Assembly (NCBI GenBank): GCA_030390025.1
Contig: CM059432.1
Location: 43,154,001-43,218,000, forward strand
Source: Squalus acanthias
Taxonomy: Eukaryota
Length of the DNA stretch: 64,000 nt
Direction of reading: 5' to 3'
The notes under the pieces are model-generated. The model was not told where the DNA came from. It ran no database searches and saw nothing but the letters and a program-made list of their open reading frames with translations. The position numbers and the translations under genes are program-made. How positions within the stretch are numbered: position 1 is the stretch's first letter; every line of letters begins with the position of its first letter. Shown here in pieces: positions 23,676-35,679 of this stretch.

Positions 23676-26600
23676 GGGCTCGATTTTGCCAGGCCCGAGG
23701 AGGCAGGATTGGAGGCGTGTGAGTTGTTAAAATCGCCAAAAATGGCGTGCGGGCCCGATCCCACCTCCATCCCGCCTCCGAGCAATTTTCCCAAAAGCAT
23801 GTTTTCTGACCCCTTTTCCATCCCGCCTTAACAACCACTTAATAGCCTCTATAATCCCATTTTGAGAGGCCTTTCCGATTTTTAGTCATTCCCCCCATCC
23901 CTCACGCCTCCTCTGGAACACGCCAGGTAATGCTGGTGGCCTCACAAGTGGATTGCTTACGAACAGCTGCAGCTCCACCATTACAAAGGAGTTTTCACCA
24001 ATGATCATTTGCAGGTGGCAGAACTTTGTTGTTTCAGGTCTGGGGGAACTTTTAGCAGGCATACTCAGTGTTGTGGAAGTTTGGAGCCTGACACCCATCT
24101 CCAGTGTGACCTCCTAGGAAACCCCTCTCCCCACCTTGACTAAGCGCTTCCTCAACTGAGGCATATACCAGAAGCATGGCGACCATTTAATTCCTTTCCT
24201 CCTGGACATCAGATTCAGATGAAGACCAGCCGCGGCAGCAGCAGAACCATGAACAACAGCAGCACCAACAGCAGGAGCATCAACAGGAGTGCCAAGCTGC
24301 TAGTCACCCACCTGAAGATGCACAGGCCAGAAGTCGTCAGACCATATTGCTGCCCGGGATGCAAGGGACGCACTCATGTTGGTCACATTTGCTTAGCCTG
24401 AACAATCAAACACTTTTGCCTCGCACCTTCTTACCAGAGCATCAACAATGGACAAGAACCTGCAGATTCCTATCACTCTGACCACCATACTGACAATTGC
24501 AAGTCGCTCTAAGCCCTCAATGTGGAAGTCCCATTCCGAAATGACACAGCCCACAACTTCAACAGTTTGCCATCAGAATTTTTTATCACACAAGCAACTG
24601 GTGGCATTTCAAAAATAAACACAACGTAACACCCAAGTGACTACCCTTGTGACTACGTGTGCATTATCTTCCTCTTATGTGTGCTCCTACATGGTGTTTC
24701 CCCTGTGGCTTCAGCAGATGTGGAGGCCCCTTGCTCACTTTCTTGCTGCTCCGGTCTCGACACCTTTAGCAGCCGTCCTCTGGGGTTGCGAACCTGTGAG
24801 GGCTCGGCAACAGTCTGCTGCTCCTGCGGCTGTGCAGGGGATGAGACGCCCATCTCAGTTGGGTGAGGACTCTGGTGGGGCTCTGACCGAGGGCTTTGCA
24901 GTGGCATGGTCGTTTGAGCGCTTGGAGAGAAGCCCCCACTTCCTTGTTGTCTGCCACCAACATCCCTCTCATGGGTCAGCCCCACTTCAGAGCTAGCAAG
25001 TGGCTGGACAGCACCTTGCTGCACTTCAGGGGGGCCATGAGGACCCGTTTCTGAACTGGAAGTCCTACTCCAGAGGACTTCCATGAAGGTCTGGTTTCTA
25101 TGCTCAGTAGCTGACCATCACTCCTCAAGATACGCCAGTCTATTCTGAACAATGACCATGTTTTCTACACTCTGGCGACTTAGCTCTTCCATGGCCGGAG
25201 CCATCCTCTCCTCTACTGTAGCCATCCTTTCCACGGAGGTTGCCATCCTTTCCGTGGTGATGCGTTCATGCTCCAATGCCTCCACAAAGGCTCTGCTCAT
25301 GTTCGCGATGGACTCCTCCATTCGCTCGACACTCGCAGCGACCCTGGAGACAAAACCTGCCAGAGACTCCTGCACCTGTTCCTGGAGTTCCAGCACCGCT
25401 CTCGTTCTGGATGGACCCGGAGGCAGAGGGTCGACATGCAGCTGAGCCGAGCTGGCAGAGTCCTGCGCCCTCCGACGAGGACTCTCCACTGCTGTCCCTG
25501 TCTCCACCATCTGCTGATGCTCACTTGTGAGCTGTGATACACCAGGTGCCAACATTACTCTATCTCGCGAAGGTCCCACTGAGGTGTGAGTGTCTGCGCT
25601 GGTGCTGGGTGCGTTGAATTCTGCTGAGGCTGCGCCCTCAGAGGTTGCAGCTTCCTCTGAGGAGTCTGGAAGCTCAGGCTCTTCATCCTGGACAGTGGGG
25701 ATGGGGGCTTTCGATGGTCCTGTGGGGGAGTAAAGGAAAGAGTTAGAGATGTGAGGTCAAGGTTACATGAACATTGCATTGTGCTGATGATCATAAGTCA
25801 ATCTGTTAGAGCATCAGATTCATTATCAGTGACTCATGCCAAACTATTCTGTCACCAGCTTGCTGCGATACGCCCATCTGTCTGTCCCCCACTTGGGAAT
25901 CCTCCTCGATCCCGGTGATTTCCAGGGCCGCCTCCTCCCAGGCGGTGAGCTGGGCTACTGAGGGTGGCCCTCCTCCTGTCATGGCTCTTTCCCTCTTATT
26001 GTGGGCTCTCTTTTCCTGCAATGAGGGACACAAGTGGAGTTTGAGTGAGAATGAAGGAGTGAGTGTAGATAATCCATAACATAGATGCTTAGAAGGATAC
26101 AAAGGACCATCCCTGTGTGTTGAAAGTTGTTGTTGTCATGGCATCACAGTGATAGGGAGTGTGAGGGCTGCATGGTCGGATAGTTAAGTGATTGTGATGT
26201 TCGAGAGAGAGGGAATAGGTAAGGGTGTAGGCATGTAAGTGTCAAGTGGCATGTGGAGGAAGAGGTTGGCAAAGCAGAGTGCTGGTGAGGAGAGGCGATG
26301 GGGATCAGATTGAGGGTGATGGGAAAGTCATACTCACTTTTCCTGTGCGGAGAAGATCATGAAACCTCTTCCTGCATTGCAGCCAGGTTCTGCGGCTCAG
26401 CGAAATGGAGTTGACCTCCTGGGCCACTTGCAGCCACACAGCTTTTGTCTGCTGGAGTGGCTTTTTTCTCCCTGAGGAAGGGAACAGCACCTCCTTATTA
26501 CATTTGGCTCTCTCCACCAGAGCTTGGAGGGAGGGCTCATCAAACCGAGGTGCACACTTTTGCTTGATCGTGGACATTGTCGGGAAATCAACTCCTTCAT

Positions 26601-26857
26601 ACAATTTGCAGAGCCTTTGCAGTCTCCAGAGGAAGCAAGGCTGCTTGCAGGTCTTAAATCCAGCAGCATTGATGACATCATCGGAGGCGACTTTCTGTAT
26701 GAAAAGACTCATTGGGCCAGTGGTTCCCACACGCAGGAAATTAATTGCTCAATTAGGGGAAAATCCCACTTTTTCAGCACTTCACTTAGGAGTCGGGGTC
26801 CTGACACGATTTCCACCTGACACGCCTCAGCCCGCCCACACTGACAAAATTCAGCCC
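23676..26857. mobile_element. Harbinger element B: transposase internally deleted, Myb gene nearly intact
   Basis: TIR GGGCTCGATTTTG / CAAAATTCAGCCC; ATA TSD at 23673-23675 and 26858-26860; transposase 5' and 3' stubs fused near 24340. Confidence 0.9.
24653..26577 (-). pseudogene. Harbinger Myb/SANT-like gene, exons 26577-26338, 26015-25856, 25719-24653; one premature stop at 25118-25120
   Basis: MSTIKQKCAPRFDEPSLQALV...VWLQVAQEV...WLQCRKRFHDL; GT-AG introns; TGA where copy D has CGA. Confidence 0.85.
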
Positions 26858-27225
26858 ATAGAGTCATAGGGGTAGAAATTAGGTCGCGCCCCATTTGGGG
26901 CGCAAATATCGTCCGCGCGCAAATATTAGCGCCTGGCGCTAATTATCGGCACTGACAGGAAACTTCACTTTTACCGCCCCGGGAGGTGAGTGGAGCGCTA
27001 AATTAGGCGCTGCACACCTCTCTTAAGGCGCAAAGGCCTAGGAGTGAGGCGCTAACTCAGCGCACGAGCGCAGCGCAGCTGCTGCCAGTTAGCGCGGGAA
27101 CACAGACACACTGGCGCCGGACACTTCTTAAAGCGGGGGGGGCCACTTGCTCCCCAGCCACACCCTGCTCATTGCAGCCTTGAATCTCAGCCTGGAGAGA
27201 CCTGTAATCCATTTTGCTGCCAAGC

Positions 27226-29438
27226 ATGGAGAGGGTGAGAGAACGCGCTCATCGCTTCACCGAGCGGGCCTTGGATGCTCTGGTTGACGCAGTGGAGCGC
27301 AGACGATGCATGCTGTTCCCAGAGAGTGGCAGGAGGCCTTTGCCACGCGAGTTCAGAAGAGTGTGGAGGGAGGTGGCTCAGAGCGTCTCCTCCAGGAGCA
27401 TGGTGCCCAGGACCCATGTCCAGTGCCGCAAAAAGTTCAACGACCTCACTCGGGTCGTCAGGGTGAGTGGCTTTTTCTCAATACCTCTCCATCCCTCCAT
27501 CTCAACCTCACTCTATGGCCAGAGGGTCTTAAAACCCCAATGCACAACACTCATCCAACACCTATGGCCCTTTCATCAAACACACACACACATTCCACAC
27601 TTTGCATACAGTAAGGGCTATTCACCTATGGGAGGCACATCAGGCAAGACCATGGCTGCATACAGTAAGGGCTATTCACCTATGGGAGGCACATCAGGCA
27701 AGACCATGGCTGCATATTGTAAGGGCTATTCACCTATGGGAGGCACATCAGGCAAGACCATGGCTGCATATTGTAAGGGCTATTCACCTATGGGAGGCAC
27801 ATCAGGCAAGACCATGGCTGCATATTGTAAGGGCTATTCACCTATGGGAGGCACATCAGGCAAGACCATGGCTGCATATTGTAAGGGCTATTCACCTATG
27901 GGAGGCACATCAGGCAAGACCATGGCTGTATATTGACTCAGATGCTGTTCTTTTTCTTGCAGGCTAAGCTGGCTCATAATCGGAGACAGCAGCAACGGAC
28001 GGGTGGAGGGCGGCTTCAGCTGCAACCCCTCAGCGATCTGGAGGAGCGCGTCCACAGGATTGTGGCAAGCCGGGTGATCGGTCCCGTCGCCACTGGAGAC
28101 GCCGACCCCGTTGTGGACAGCAATGGTAAGGTCATCACCTTTTTGTCCTCTGTCCTTCCACTTGTCCCTCACAATACCAGCCTTTGACACTTTCAATCCA
28201 ACTTGCTAACTCGCTGCACTTATTCCTCCCTTACGGCCACCCTGTCCTCACGCTAAAGCCACTCTTGTACCTCCCTGCTTTCAGATGGTGATTCACCAGC
28301 TGAGGAGATGGTCCCTGAAGCTGCCACTGGGAGTGATGCTGCAGCTGAGGAGGAAGAGGAAGCCGGAGCATCAGTGCCACCCTCTCCCGAGGAAGCCCAT
28401 GGCCACACTGGGAACACGCCTTCCCCGGAGGGGAGCAGGGGGGAAGGGGCTGATGATGGTGAAGTTCCAGGACCCAGCGGGCTGCAGCAACGCCATGGGG
28501 GGGGGAGGGAAGAACGGGGGAGCAGGGGGGAAGGGGCTGATGATGGTGAAGTTCCAGGACCCAGCGGGCTGCAGCAACGCCATGGGGGGGGGAGGGAAGA
28601 ACGGGGGAGCAGGGGGGAAGGGGCTGATGATGGTGAAGTTCCAGGACCCAGCGGGCTGCAGCAACGCCATGGGGGGGGGAGGGAAGAACGGGAGCCTTCT
28701 CCCCAGAGGGAGAGTATGCCAGACACTCCTAATGCAATGGACGCAGAGGAGGAGCGGCTGATTGCAGAAATGAACAGCCAGGCGGTGGTCATGCACACTG
28801 AGCTCATGGGTGCAGTGGGAAGGGTGCCCGAATGCATTGAGGCACTGGCAAGGAGTGTGGAGCACTTCGCTGTAGCACAGGCGGATGCCACACTAAAGCT
28901 TACTGCTGCAATTCAGTCACTGGCTGCCAGGAACCCATCTGAGCCTGCTCTCATGCAGACTCAGATTGAGGCCACGCGAGCACTGACTGCTGCCATCCTC
29001 GATGGTTCGTGCACATGTCCCCGGGGCTGTCACCGCGCCGCAGCAGGCCAGCAATCTGTTCTCAGGCAAATTGCTCCGGATGCTGAAGTGCTGCCCCGTG
29101 GGAGTGCCAGTGTGTCGGGCGAGCAGGGAGTTGCTGTCCTCTCTCACGATGACAGCATTCCTGCTGCCAACACTGTCACTTCTCCACTGCACTTGCCACC
29201 GCCTGTAGGACAGACTGCTGCCGCCCATGCAGAGTTGGTGCAGTCTGCAGCCGGGCCCTCCAGGCCCAGAAGTGGTCGAGGCCGTCCTTCAGGGGCATCT
29301 GCAGTGTCAGGGTCTGACAAGCAGCAGCCTTCCACCAGCCTTGCTGCAGCCACTGAGGTCCCATTACGGAGGAGCAGTAGGGTTAGAAGGGGGGAAGTGC
29401 GCAAGGGAAGGAGATCACCCTCGAAGGGCAAAAAGTAG
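27226..29438 (+). CDS. Harbinger Myb/SANT-like DNA-binding protein, exons 27226-27462, 27963-28125, 28285-29438 (517 aa)
   Basis: MERVRERAHRFTERALDALV...WREVAQSV...QCRKKFNDL; GTGAGT and GTAAGG donors with pyrimidine-rich CAG acceptors; the spliced frame is open; the 163-nt exon 2 has the same length as in copy A; basic C-terminus. Confidence 0.88.
27604..27933 (+). repeat. 54-bp minisatellite, 6 copies, in Myb intron 1
   Basis: Unit gcata(ca/tt)gtaagggctattcacctatgggaggcacatcaggcaagaccatggct. Confidence 0.97.
28431..28691 (+). repeat. 87-bp in-frame tandem repeat, 3 copies, in Myb exon 3
   Basis: GSRGEGADDGEVPGPSGLQQRHGGGREER three times. Confidence 0.97.
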
Positions 29439-29732
29439 GAGGTGTGCCAAAATGCTGGTCATTTTTTTATTAAAGGCCGAGGTTCATGGCCCAACTTTTG
29501 TTTAGTGTTTTGGACATTATCTCCAGGTTGTGAGAACCAGTTATGTTATTGACTGTTTTTTTGTGTTTATTTCTATGAGTTTGTCATGAGGAATTGACAC
29601 ACACAGAGTTTGTACAATAAATAAGTTTCTGTATTCAAAATATACATGGCTGGTGGTTGGAATTATTGGTGCCTTGGCCGGCTTAGGGGTTGCGTGCTGG
29701 GTTGATTCGTGTTTGTAGCACTGGCAGGGGTC

Positions 29733-30893
29733 CTAGAAGCGGCTTGCTATTAGTCGTTGACGGACGGCCCTTGCAGTTTGACCATTGTGGGCCGCCCTCC
29801 TGCCTTGGTGCTGCTGCTGATCATCGTCCTCGGCCTGTTCCTCCTCTTCCTCCTCCTCCTCTTGTGGTGCTGCAAGGCCTGGTGGCATTGGCTGCGTCCT
29901 GAGGATTGCCATGTTGTGCAACATGCAGCACACCACTACGAATTTGGAAACTTGCTCAGGCGAGTACTGCAGGGCTCCTCCGGAATGGTCCAGACAGCGG
30001 AATCGTTGTTTGAGCACGCCGATTGTGCGCTCAATAATGTTCCTGGTTGCTTGTTGGCTTTCCTGGTACCGCAGCTCAGCAGGGGTGTTTGGCGCACGGA
30101 GCGGTGTCATCAGCCAGGTGCTCAATGCGTACCCCTTGTCCCCCAGAAGCCAACCAACTGGCTGATGCGGTGCCTCGAAAATTTCTGCCACAGTACTCTG
30201 GCGCAGGATGAAAGCATCGTGGCAGCTGCCCGGATAGTGGGCATTGACAGCGAGAATCACCTGTCTGTGGTCACAGACCAACTGCACATTCAAGGAATGG
30301 AACCCCTTTCTGTTCCGGAACTCCTCTGCATTCTCTCGCGGAGCACGCAAAGCCACATGCGTGCAGTCAATGGCGCCCTGCACCATGGGGAAGCCCGCTA
30401 CCCTCGCAAAGCCCATAGCACGGTCATGCTGCTTGTCTGGGGTCATAGGGAAGGAGATGAAGTCTCGTCTCCTTGTGAAGAGGGCATTGGTGACCTGCCG
30501 GATGCAGCGATGCACCGCAAACTGGGAGATATTGGCGAGGTCCCCAACAGCAGCTTGGAATGAGCCAGTGGCGTAGAAGTTCAAGGCCACTGTGACCTTC
30601 ACTGCCACCGACAGAGACGTCCTGGACCTCAGCTGAGGCTGCAGATCTGGCTGCAGCAGGTGGCAGAGCTCAGTGACCACCTCCTTGCTGAATCGCAGCC
30701 TTCGCAAACACAGCTCCTCGGACATGTGGATGTAGGAGAGCTGTTCACGATATACCCTGGGAGGGTAAGCTCTCCTGTACATGCGCCTGATGGGCCTCCT
30801 CCGTCTGGCCATCATTGCCACTCTCTGTCTGCGTCTCACTCTGCTCCGATTGAGCTGGAGCAGGACGACGCCCCCAATCATTGCAGCCCCCAT
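29733..30893 (-). CDS. Harbinger (HARBI1-like) DDE transposase, 386 aa
   Basis: [64 protein letters not shown]; uninterrupted ORF. Confidence 0.95.
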   Translation of the reverse strand: MGAAMIGGVVLLQLNRSRVRRRQRVAMMARRRRPIRRMYRRAYPPRVYREQLSYIHMSEELCLRRLRFSKEVVTELCHLLQPDLQPQLRSRTSLSVAVKVTVALNFYATGSFQAAVGDLANISQFAVHRCIRQVTNALFTRRRDFISFPMTPDKQHDRAMGFARVAGFPMVQGAIDCTHVALRAPRENAEEFRNRKGFHSLNVQLVCDHRQVILAVNAHYPGSCHDAFILRQSTVAEIFEAPHQPVGWLLGDKGYALSTWLMTPLRAPNTPAELRYQESQQATRNIIERTIGVLKQRFRCLDHSGGALQYSPEQVSKFVVVCCMLHNMAILRTQPMPPGLAAPQEEEEEEEEQAEDDDQQQHQGRRAAHNGQTARAVRQRLIASRF

Positions 30894-31408
30894 CTTCTCT
30901 TTGCCAGAAAAGTAATGAGGTACAGCAACGAAAGTAGCAGCAAAGTTAGGATGAACTAGGCAAAACTACCTCACAAAGCGTTGAGTCAATGTGGAAGTCT
31001 CTCTCTCTCTCTCTCCGAATCTCTCTCTCTCTCTCAGAACGAGTGGTGCATAAATGTCGACCACAGAAAAAGACAGGAAGAGGCCCCCTTTAAATAGCGC
31101 CCCCCCCAGCCCCAGACCGATTGATAACGTTCCAGTCTTCCGGTCGTTGGAAGCGCCAGGCGGTAAGGCAGGGGGCGCCACTCAATTTCCGCTCCAGGGC
31201 GCCCCAAGGGCGGTGCACCATGGACTGATGTCACAATCTGCACGCGCAGGTGGTCGCAGCGGTAAGTTTTAGCGCCGCCGCACAATCTCAAGTTAAGTTC
31301 TCGAGCGGCGCAAACAGCGCTGCGCCCGGGCGTTAGCGCCTTAACGCCCCATTAGCGCCCATTTAAGGCGCTAACGGGAGGCGCAACCAACTGAATTTTT
31401 ACCCCATA

Positions 31409-34400
31409 GAGTTATACAGCACAGAAAGAGGCCCTTCGGCCCATCATGTCTGCGCTGGCCATCAAGCCCTGTCTATTCTAATCCCATTTTCCAGCACTTG
31501 GTCCGTAGCCTTGTATGCTATGGCGTTTCAAGAGCTCATCTAAATGCTTCTTGAATGCTGTGAGGGTTCCTACCTCTACGACCCTTTCAGGCAGTGAGTT
31601 CCAGATTCCAACCACCCTCTGGGTGAAATAGTTTTTCCTCAAATCCCCTCTAAACCTCCTGCCCCTTACCTTGAAACTATGCCCCCTGGTTATTGACCCC
31701 TCTACTAAGGGGAAAAGTTCCTTTCTATCTACCCTATCTATGCCGCTCATAATTTTGTACACCTCAATCAGGTCCTTCCTCAGTCTTCTCTGCTCTAAGG
31801 AAAACAACCCCAGTCTGTCCAGTCTCTCTTCATAGCTGAAGCGCTCCAGCCCAGGTAACATCCTGGTGAATCTCCTCTGCACCCTCTCCAATGCAATCAC
31901 ATCCTTCCTATAGTGTGGCGACCAGAACTGCACACAGTATTCCTAACTAGCATTTTGTACAGCTCCATCATAACCTCCCTGCTCTTATATTCTATGCCTC
32001 GGCTAACGAAGGCAAGTATCCCATATGCCTTTTTAACCACCTTATCTACCTGTCTTGCTGCCTTCAGGGATCTATGTACATGCACACCAAGGACCCTCTG
32101 ATCCTCTGTCCTTCCTAGGGTCCTACCATTCATTGTGTATTCCCTTGCCTTGTTAGTCCTCCCAAAATGCATCACCTCACACTTTTCAGGGTTAAATTCC
32201 ATTTGCCACTGTTCTGCCCATGTAACCATCCCGTCTATATCGTCCTGTAGCCTGAGGCTTCCCTCCGCGCTATTTACCACTCCACCAATTTTTGTGTCAT
32301 CTGCGAACTTACTGATCATACCTCCTACATTCATATCTAAATCATTAATGTACACTACAAACAGCAAAGGACCCAGCACCAATCCCTGCGGTACACCACT
32401 GGACACAGGCTTCCAGTCACAAAAACAACCTTCGACCATCACCCTCTGCCTCCTGCCACTAATTTTGGATCCAATGTGCCAAACTGCCCTGGATCCCATA
32501 GGCTCTTACCTTCTTGACCAGTCTCCCATGTGGGACTTTGTCAAAAGCCTTACTGAAGTCCATGTAGACTACATCAACTGCACTACCCTCATCCACACAC
32601 CTAGTCACCCCCTCGAAAAATTCAATCAAATTGGTCGCACATGATCTCCCCCTGACAAAGCCATGCTGACTATCCCTGATTAATCCCTGCCTCTCCAAGT
32701 GGAGACTAATTCTGTCCCTCAGAATGTTTTCCAATAATTTCCCTACCACTGATGTTAGGCTCACCGGCCTGTAATTCCCTGGTTTATTCCTACTACCCTT
32801 CTTGAACAATGGTACTACGTTATCTGTCCTCCAGTCCTCTGGCACCTCCCCTGTGGCCAGAGAGGTTCTGAAAATTTGTGTCAGACCCCCTGCAATCTCC
32901 TCCCTTGCCTCACACAGCAGCCTGGGATACATCCCATCAAGGCCTGGGGATTTATCCACTTTTAAGCCCGCTAAAACCGCTAGTACCTCCTCCCTCTCAA
33001 TACTAATTTGTTCAAGTATATCACAATCCCCCTGCCTGATTTCTATGCCTACATCGTCCTTCTCCATAGTGAACACAGATGCAAAATATTCATTTAAAAC
33101 CTCACCCACATCTTCCGGCTCTACACACAGATTGCCACTTTGGTCCCTAATGGGCCCTACTCTTTCCCTGGTTATCCTCTTGCCCTTAATATACTTATAA
33201 AACACCTTGGGATTTTCCTTTATTTTGCCTGCCAGTGTTTTTTCATGCCCCCTCTTCGCTCTCCTAATTTCTTTTTTATGTACCCCCCTGCACTTTCTAT
33301 ACTCCTCTAGGGCTTCCATTGTTTTTAGTCCTTTGTATCTGCCAAAAGCCTCTCTTTTTTTCCTAATCCATTCTTGTATATCCCTTGACATCCAGGGTTC
33401 CCTGGGCGTGTTGGTCCCACCCTTGACCTTTACGGGAACATGTTGGCGTTGTACTCTCTCTATTTCCTTTCAAAAAGACTCCTACTGCTATGATGTGGAT
33501 TTTCCTACAAGTAGCTGATCCCAGTCAACTTTGGTCAGATCCTGCCTTATCATATTAAAATCGGCCTTTCCCCCAATTTAGAACCTTTATTTCCGGTCCA
33601 TCTTTGTCCTTTTCCATGACTACCTTAAATCTCACCAAATTATGGTCACTGTCACCAAAATGCTCTCCTACTGACACTTCTACCACTTGCCCGGCTACAT
33701 TCCTTAGAATTAGGTCCAGTACCGCCCCCTCTCTTGTAGGACTTTCTACATGCTGGCTCAAAAAGCTCTCCTGGATGCACTTTAAGAATTCCGCACCCTC
33801 TAAGCCTTTCACACTCTGATTATCCCAGTTAATATTGGAGAAGTTGAAATCCCCTACTATTATTACCCTATTATTTCTACACTTCTCTGAGATTTGCCTA
33901 CATATCTGTTCCTCTATCTCCCCCTGACTGTTTGGGGGCCTATAGTACACTCCCAGCAAAGTGCTTGCCCCCTTTTTGTTTTTAAGTTCTACCCATATGG
34001 CCTCATTAGAGGAACCTGCTAAGATATCATCCCTCCTTACAGCAATAATTGAGTCCTTGATTAATATTGTGACACCCCTCCTCTTTTACACCCCCCTCTG
34101 TCTCACCTGAAGATTCTATACCCCTGAATATTGAGCTGCCAGTCCTGCCCCTCCCTCAACCATGTCTCTGTGATAGCAACAATATCATACTCCCATGTGT
34201 TCATCAACACCTTCAATTCATCTGCCTTACTTGCAAGACTCCTTGCATTAAAATAAATGCCATCCAGCCTTGCCATACTCCTTTGTGCCGTTACATATTT
34301 GCTCTGCCTTCCAGGCTGACTTGTTTTTTCCTCTATATTTGGCTGTGCATCACCCCCTACTATAGCTCCACTCCGTATCCCATCCCCCTGCCAAGTTAGT

Positions 34401-35621
34401 TTAAACCCCCCTCAACAGTACTAGCAAACCTCCCCGCAAGGATGTTGGTCCCGTTCCGGTTCAGATGCAACCCGTCCGACTTGTACAGGTCCCACCTTCC
34501 CCAGAAGCAGACCCAGTGATCCAGGAAACTAAAGCCCTCCCTCCTGCACCAACTCTTTAGCCACGCATTCATCTGCTCTATCCTCCTATTTCTATACTCA
34601 TTAGCACATGGCTCCGGGAGTAATCCAGAGATTACAACCTTTGAGGTCCTGCTTTTAATCTGCTACCTAGCTCCCTAAATTCTTGTTGCAGGACCTCATC
34701 CCTCTTTCTACCCATGTCGTTGGTACCAATGTGAACCAAGACCTCTGACTGTTCGCCCTCCCCCTTCAGAATGTCCTGCAGCCATTCAGTGACATCCTTG
34801 ACCCTGGCACCAGGGAGGCAACATACCATCCTGGAGTCACATCTGCGGCCACAGAAACATCTATCTGTTCCCCTTACGATAGAATCCCCTATCACTATTG
34901 CTCTCCCACTCTTTTTCCTCCCCTCCTGGGCAGCTGAGCCACTCGTAGTGCCACGGACTTGGCTCTTGCTGCATTCCCCTGAGAAACCATCTCCCCCATC
35001 AGTATCCAAAACAGAAAATCTGTTGGAGAGGGAGATGGACCCAGGGGACTCCTGCACTACCTTCCTAGTTCTTTTACTCTGTCTGGCGGTCACCCATTTC
35101 CTGTCTGCCTGTGCACTCTTTACCTGCGGTGTGACCACCTCGTTAAACGTGCTATCTACGAAGATCTCAGCTTCACGGATGCGCCACAGTGACTCCAGCC
35201 ACAGCTCCAGCTCCAGATCGTGGATTTCGAGTAGCTGCAGCTGGAGACACTTCCTGCACATGTGTTCGCCCTGGACACCTAAAGTGTCCCTGACTTCCCA
35301 CATAGCACAGGAGGAGCACTCCACGCAGCCGAGCTGCCCTGCCATGTCCTACCCTTAATTTACTCCCTTTACTTCCTTTAAATTAAAGAATATTAAATAC
35401 TCTAGGGACCTTACTTCCCTTTAAACACTACTTACTCTAAACTAAAGACCTTACTTTGACTTTAACGACTGGACTGGATAAATAGTCACCAGGTCCTACT
35501 TACCAATCAGCTCCTTCCCTGGTTGTGACGTCACTTTAGCGGTTTTGCAGTTGTTGTTCTTTGACTGCTCCTGCTCTCGGACTCTTTCCCAACTCGCAGC
35601 ACTCTGTTTAAACCGCACTCC
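31409..35621 (-). mobile_element. Full-length CR1 LINE (5' UTR, ORF1, ORF2), frameshifted; its 3' tail extends to ~23670 across elements B and C
   Basis: ORF1 at 34632-35345 (CxxC..CxxC, leucine zipper, GDSIVR esterase); ORF2 pieces at 33555-33959, 32459-33391, 31897-32499 (FADDTK) and 31478-31933; 5' end GGAGTGC..AGAGTGCT..GCGAGTT as at 55668. Confidence 0.92.
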
Positions 35622-35679
35622 ATGGAGGGTGGAAGATAGGAGTCCGACCAAGAGTGCGTTGAAATAGTTAGGACCATGC

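Larger units (their letters stand above)
26869..31405. mobile_element. Full-length, apparently autonomous PIF/Harbinger transposon (element C, 4537 bp)
   Basis: TIR GGGGTAGAAATT / AATTTTTACCCC; ATA TSD at 26866-26868 and 31406-31408; two intact convergent genes; CpG-rich subterminal GGCGCTAA/GGCGCAAA repeats. Confidence 0.95.

Noticed and set aside
27604..27933. Regular repeats resembling a CRISPR array
   Set aside because: Head-to-tail units with no unique spacers, no cas genes, and a eukaryotic intron context
29757..30563. Long antisense ORFs over transposase, Myb and RT genes
   Set aside because: Shadow frames of GC-rich coding sequence with no recognisable domain
29733..30893. Domesticated host HARBI1 with a NAIF1/MSANTD-like partner
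   Set aside because: Both genes lie between TIRs with a TSD and have multiple decayed relatives, so this is a transposon
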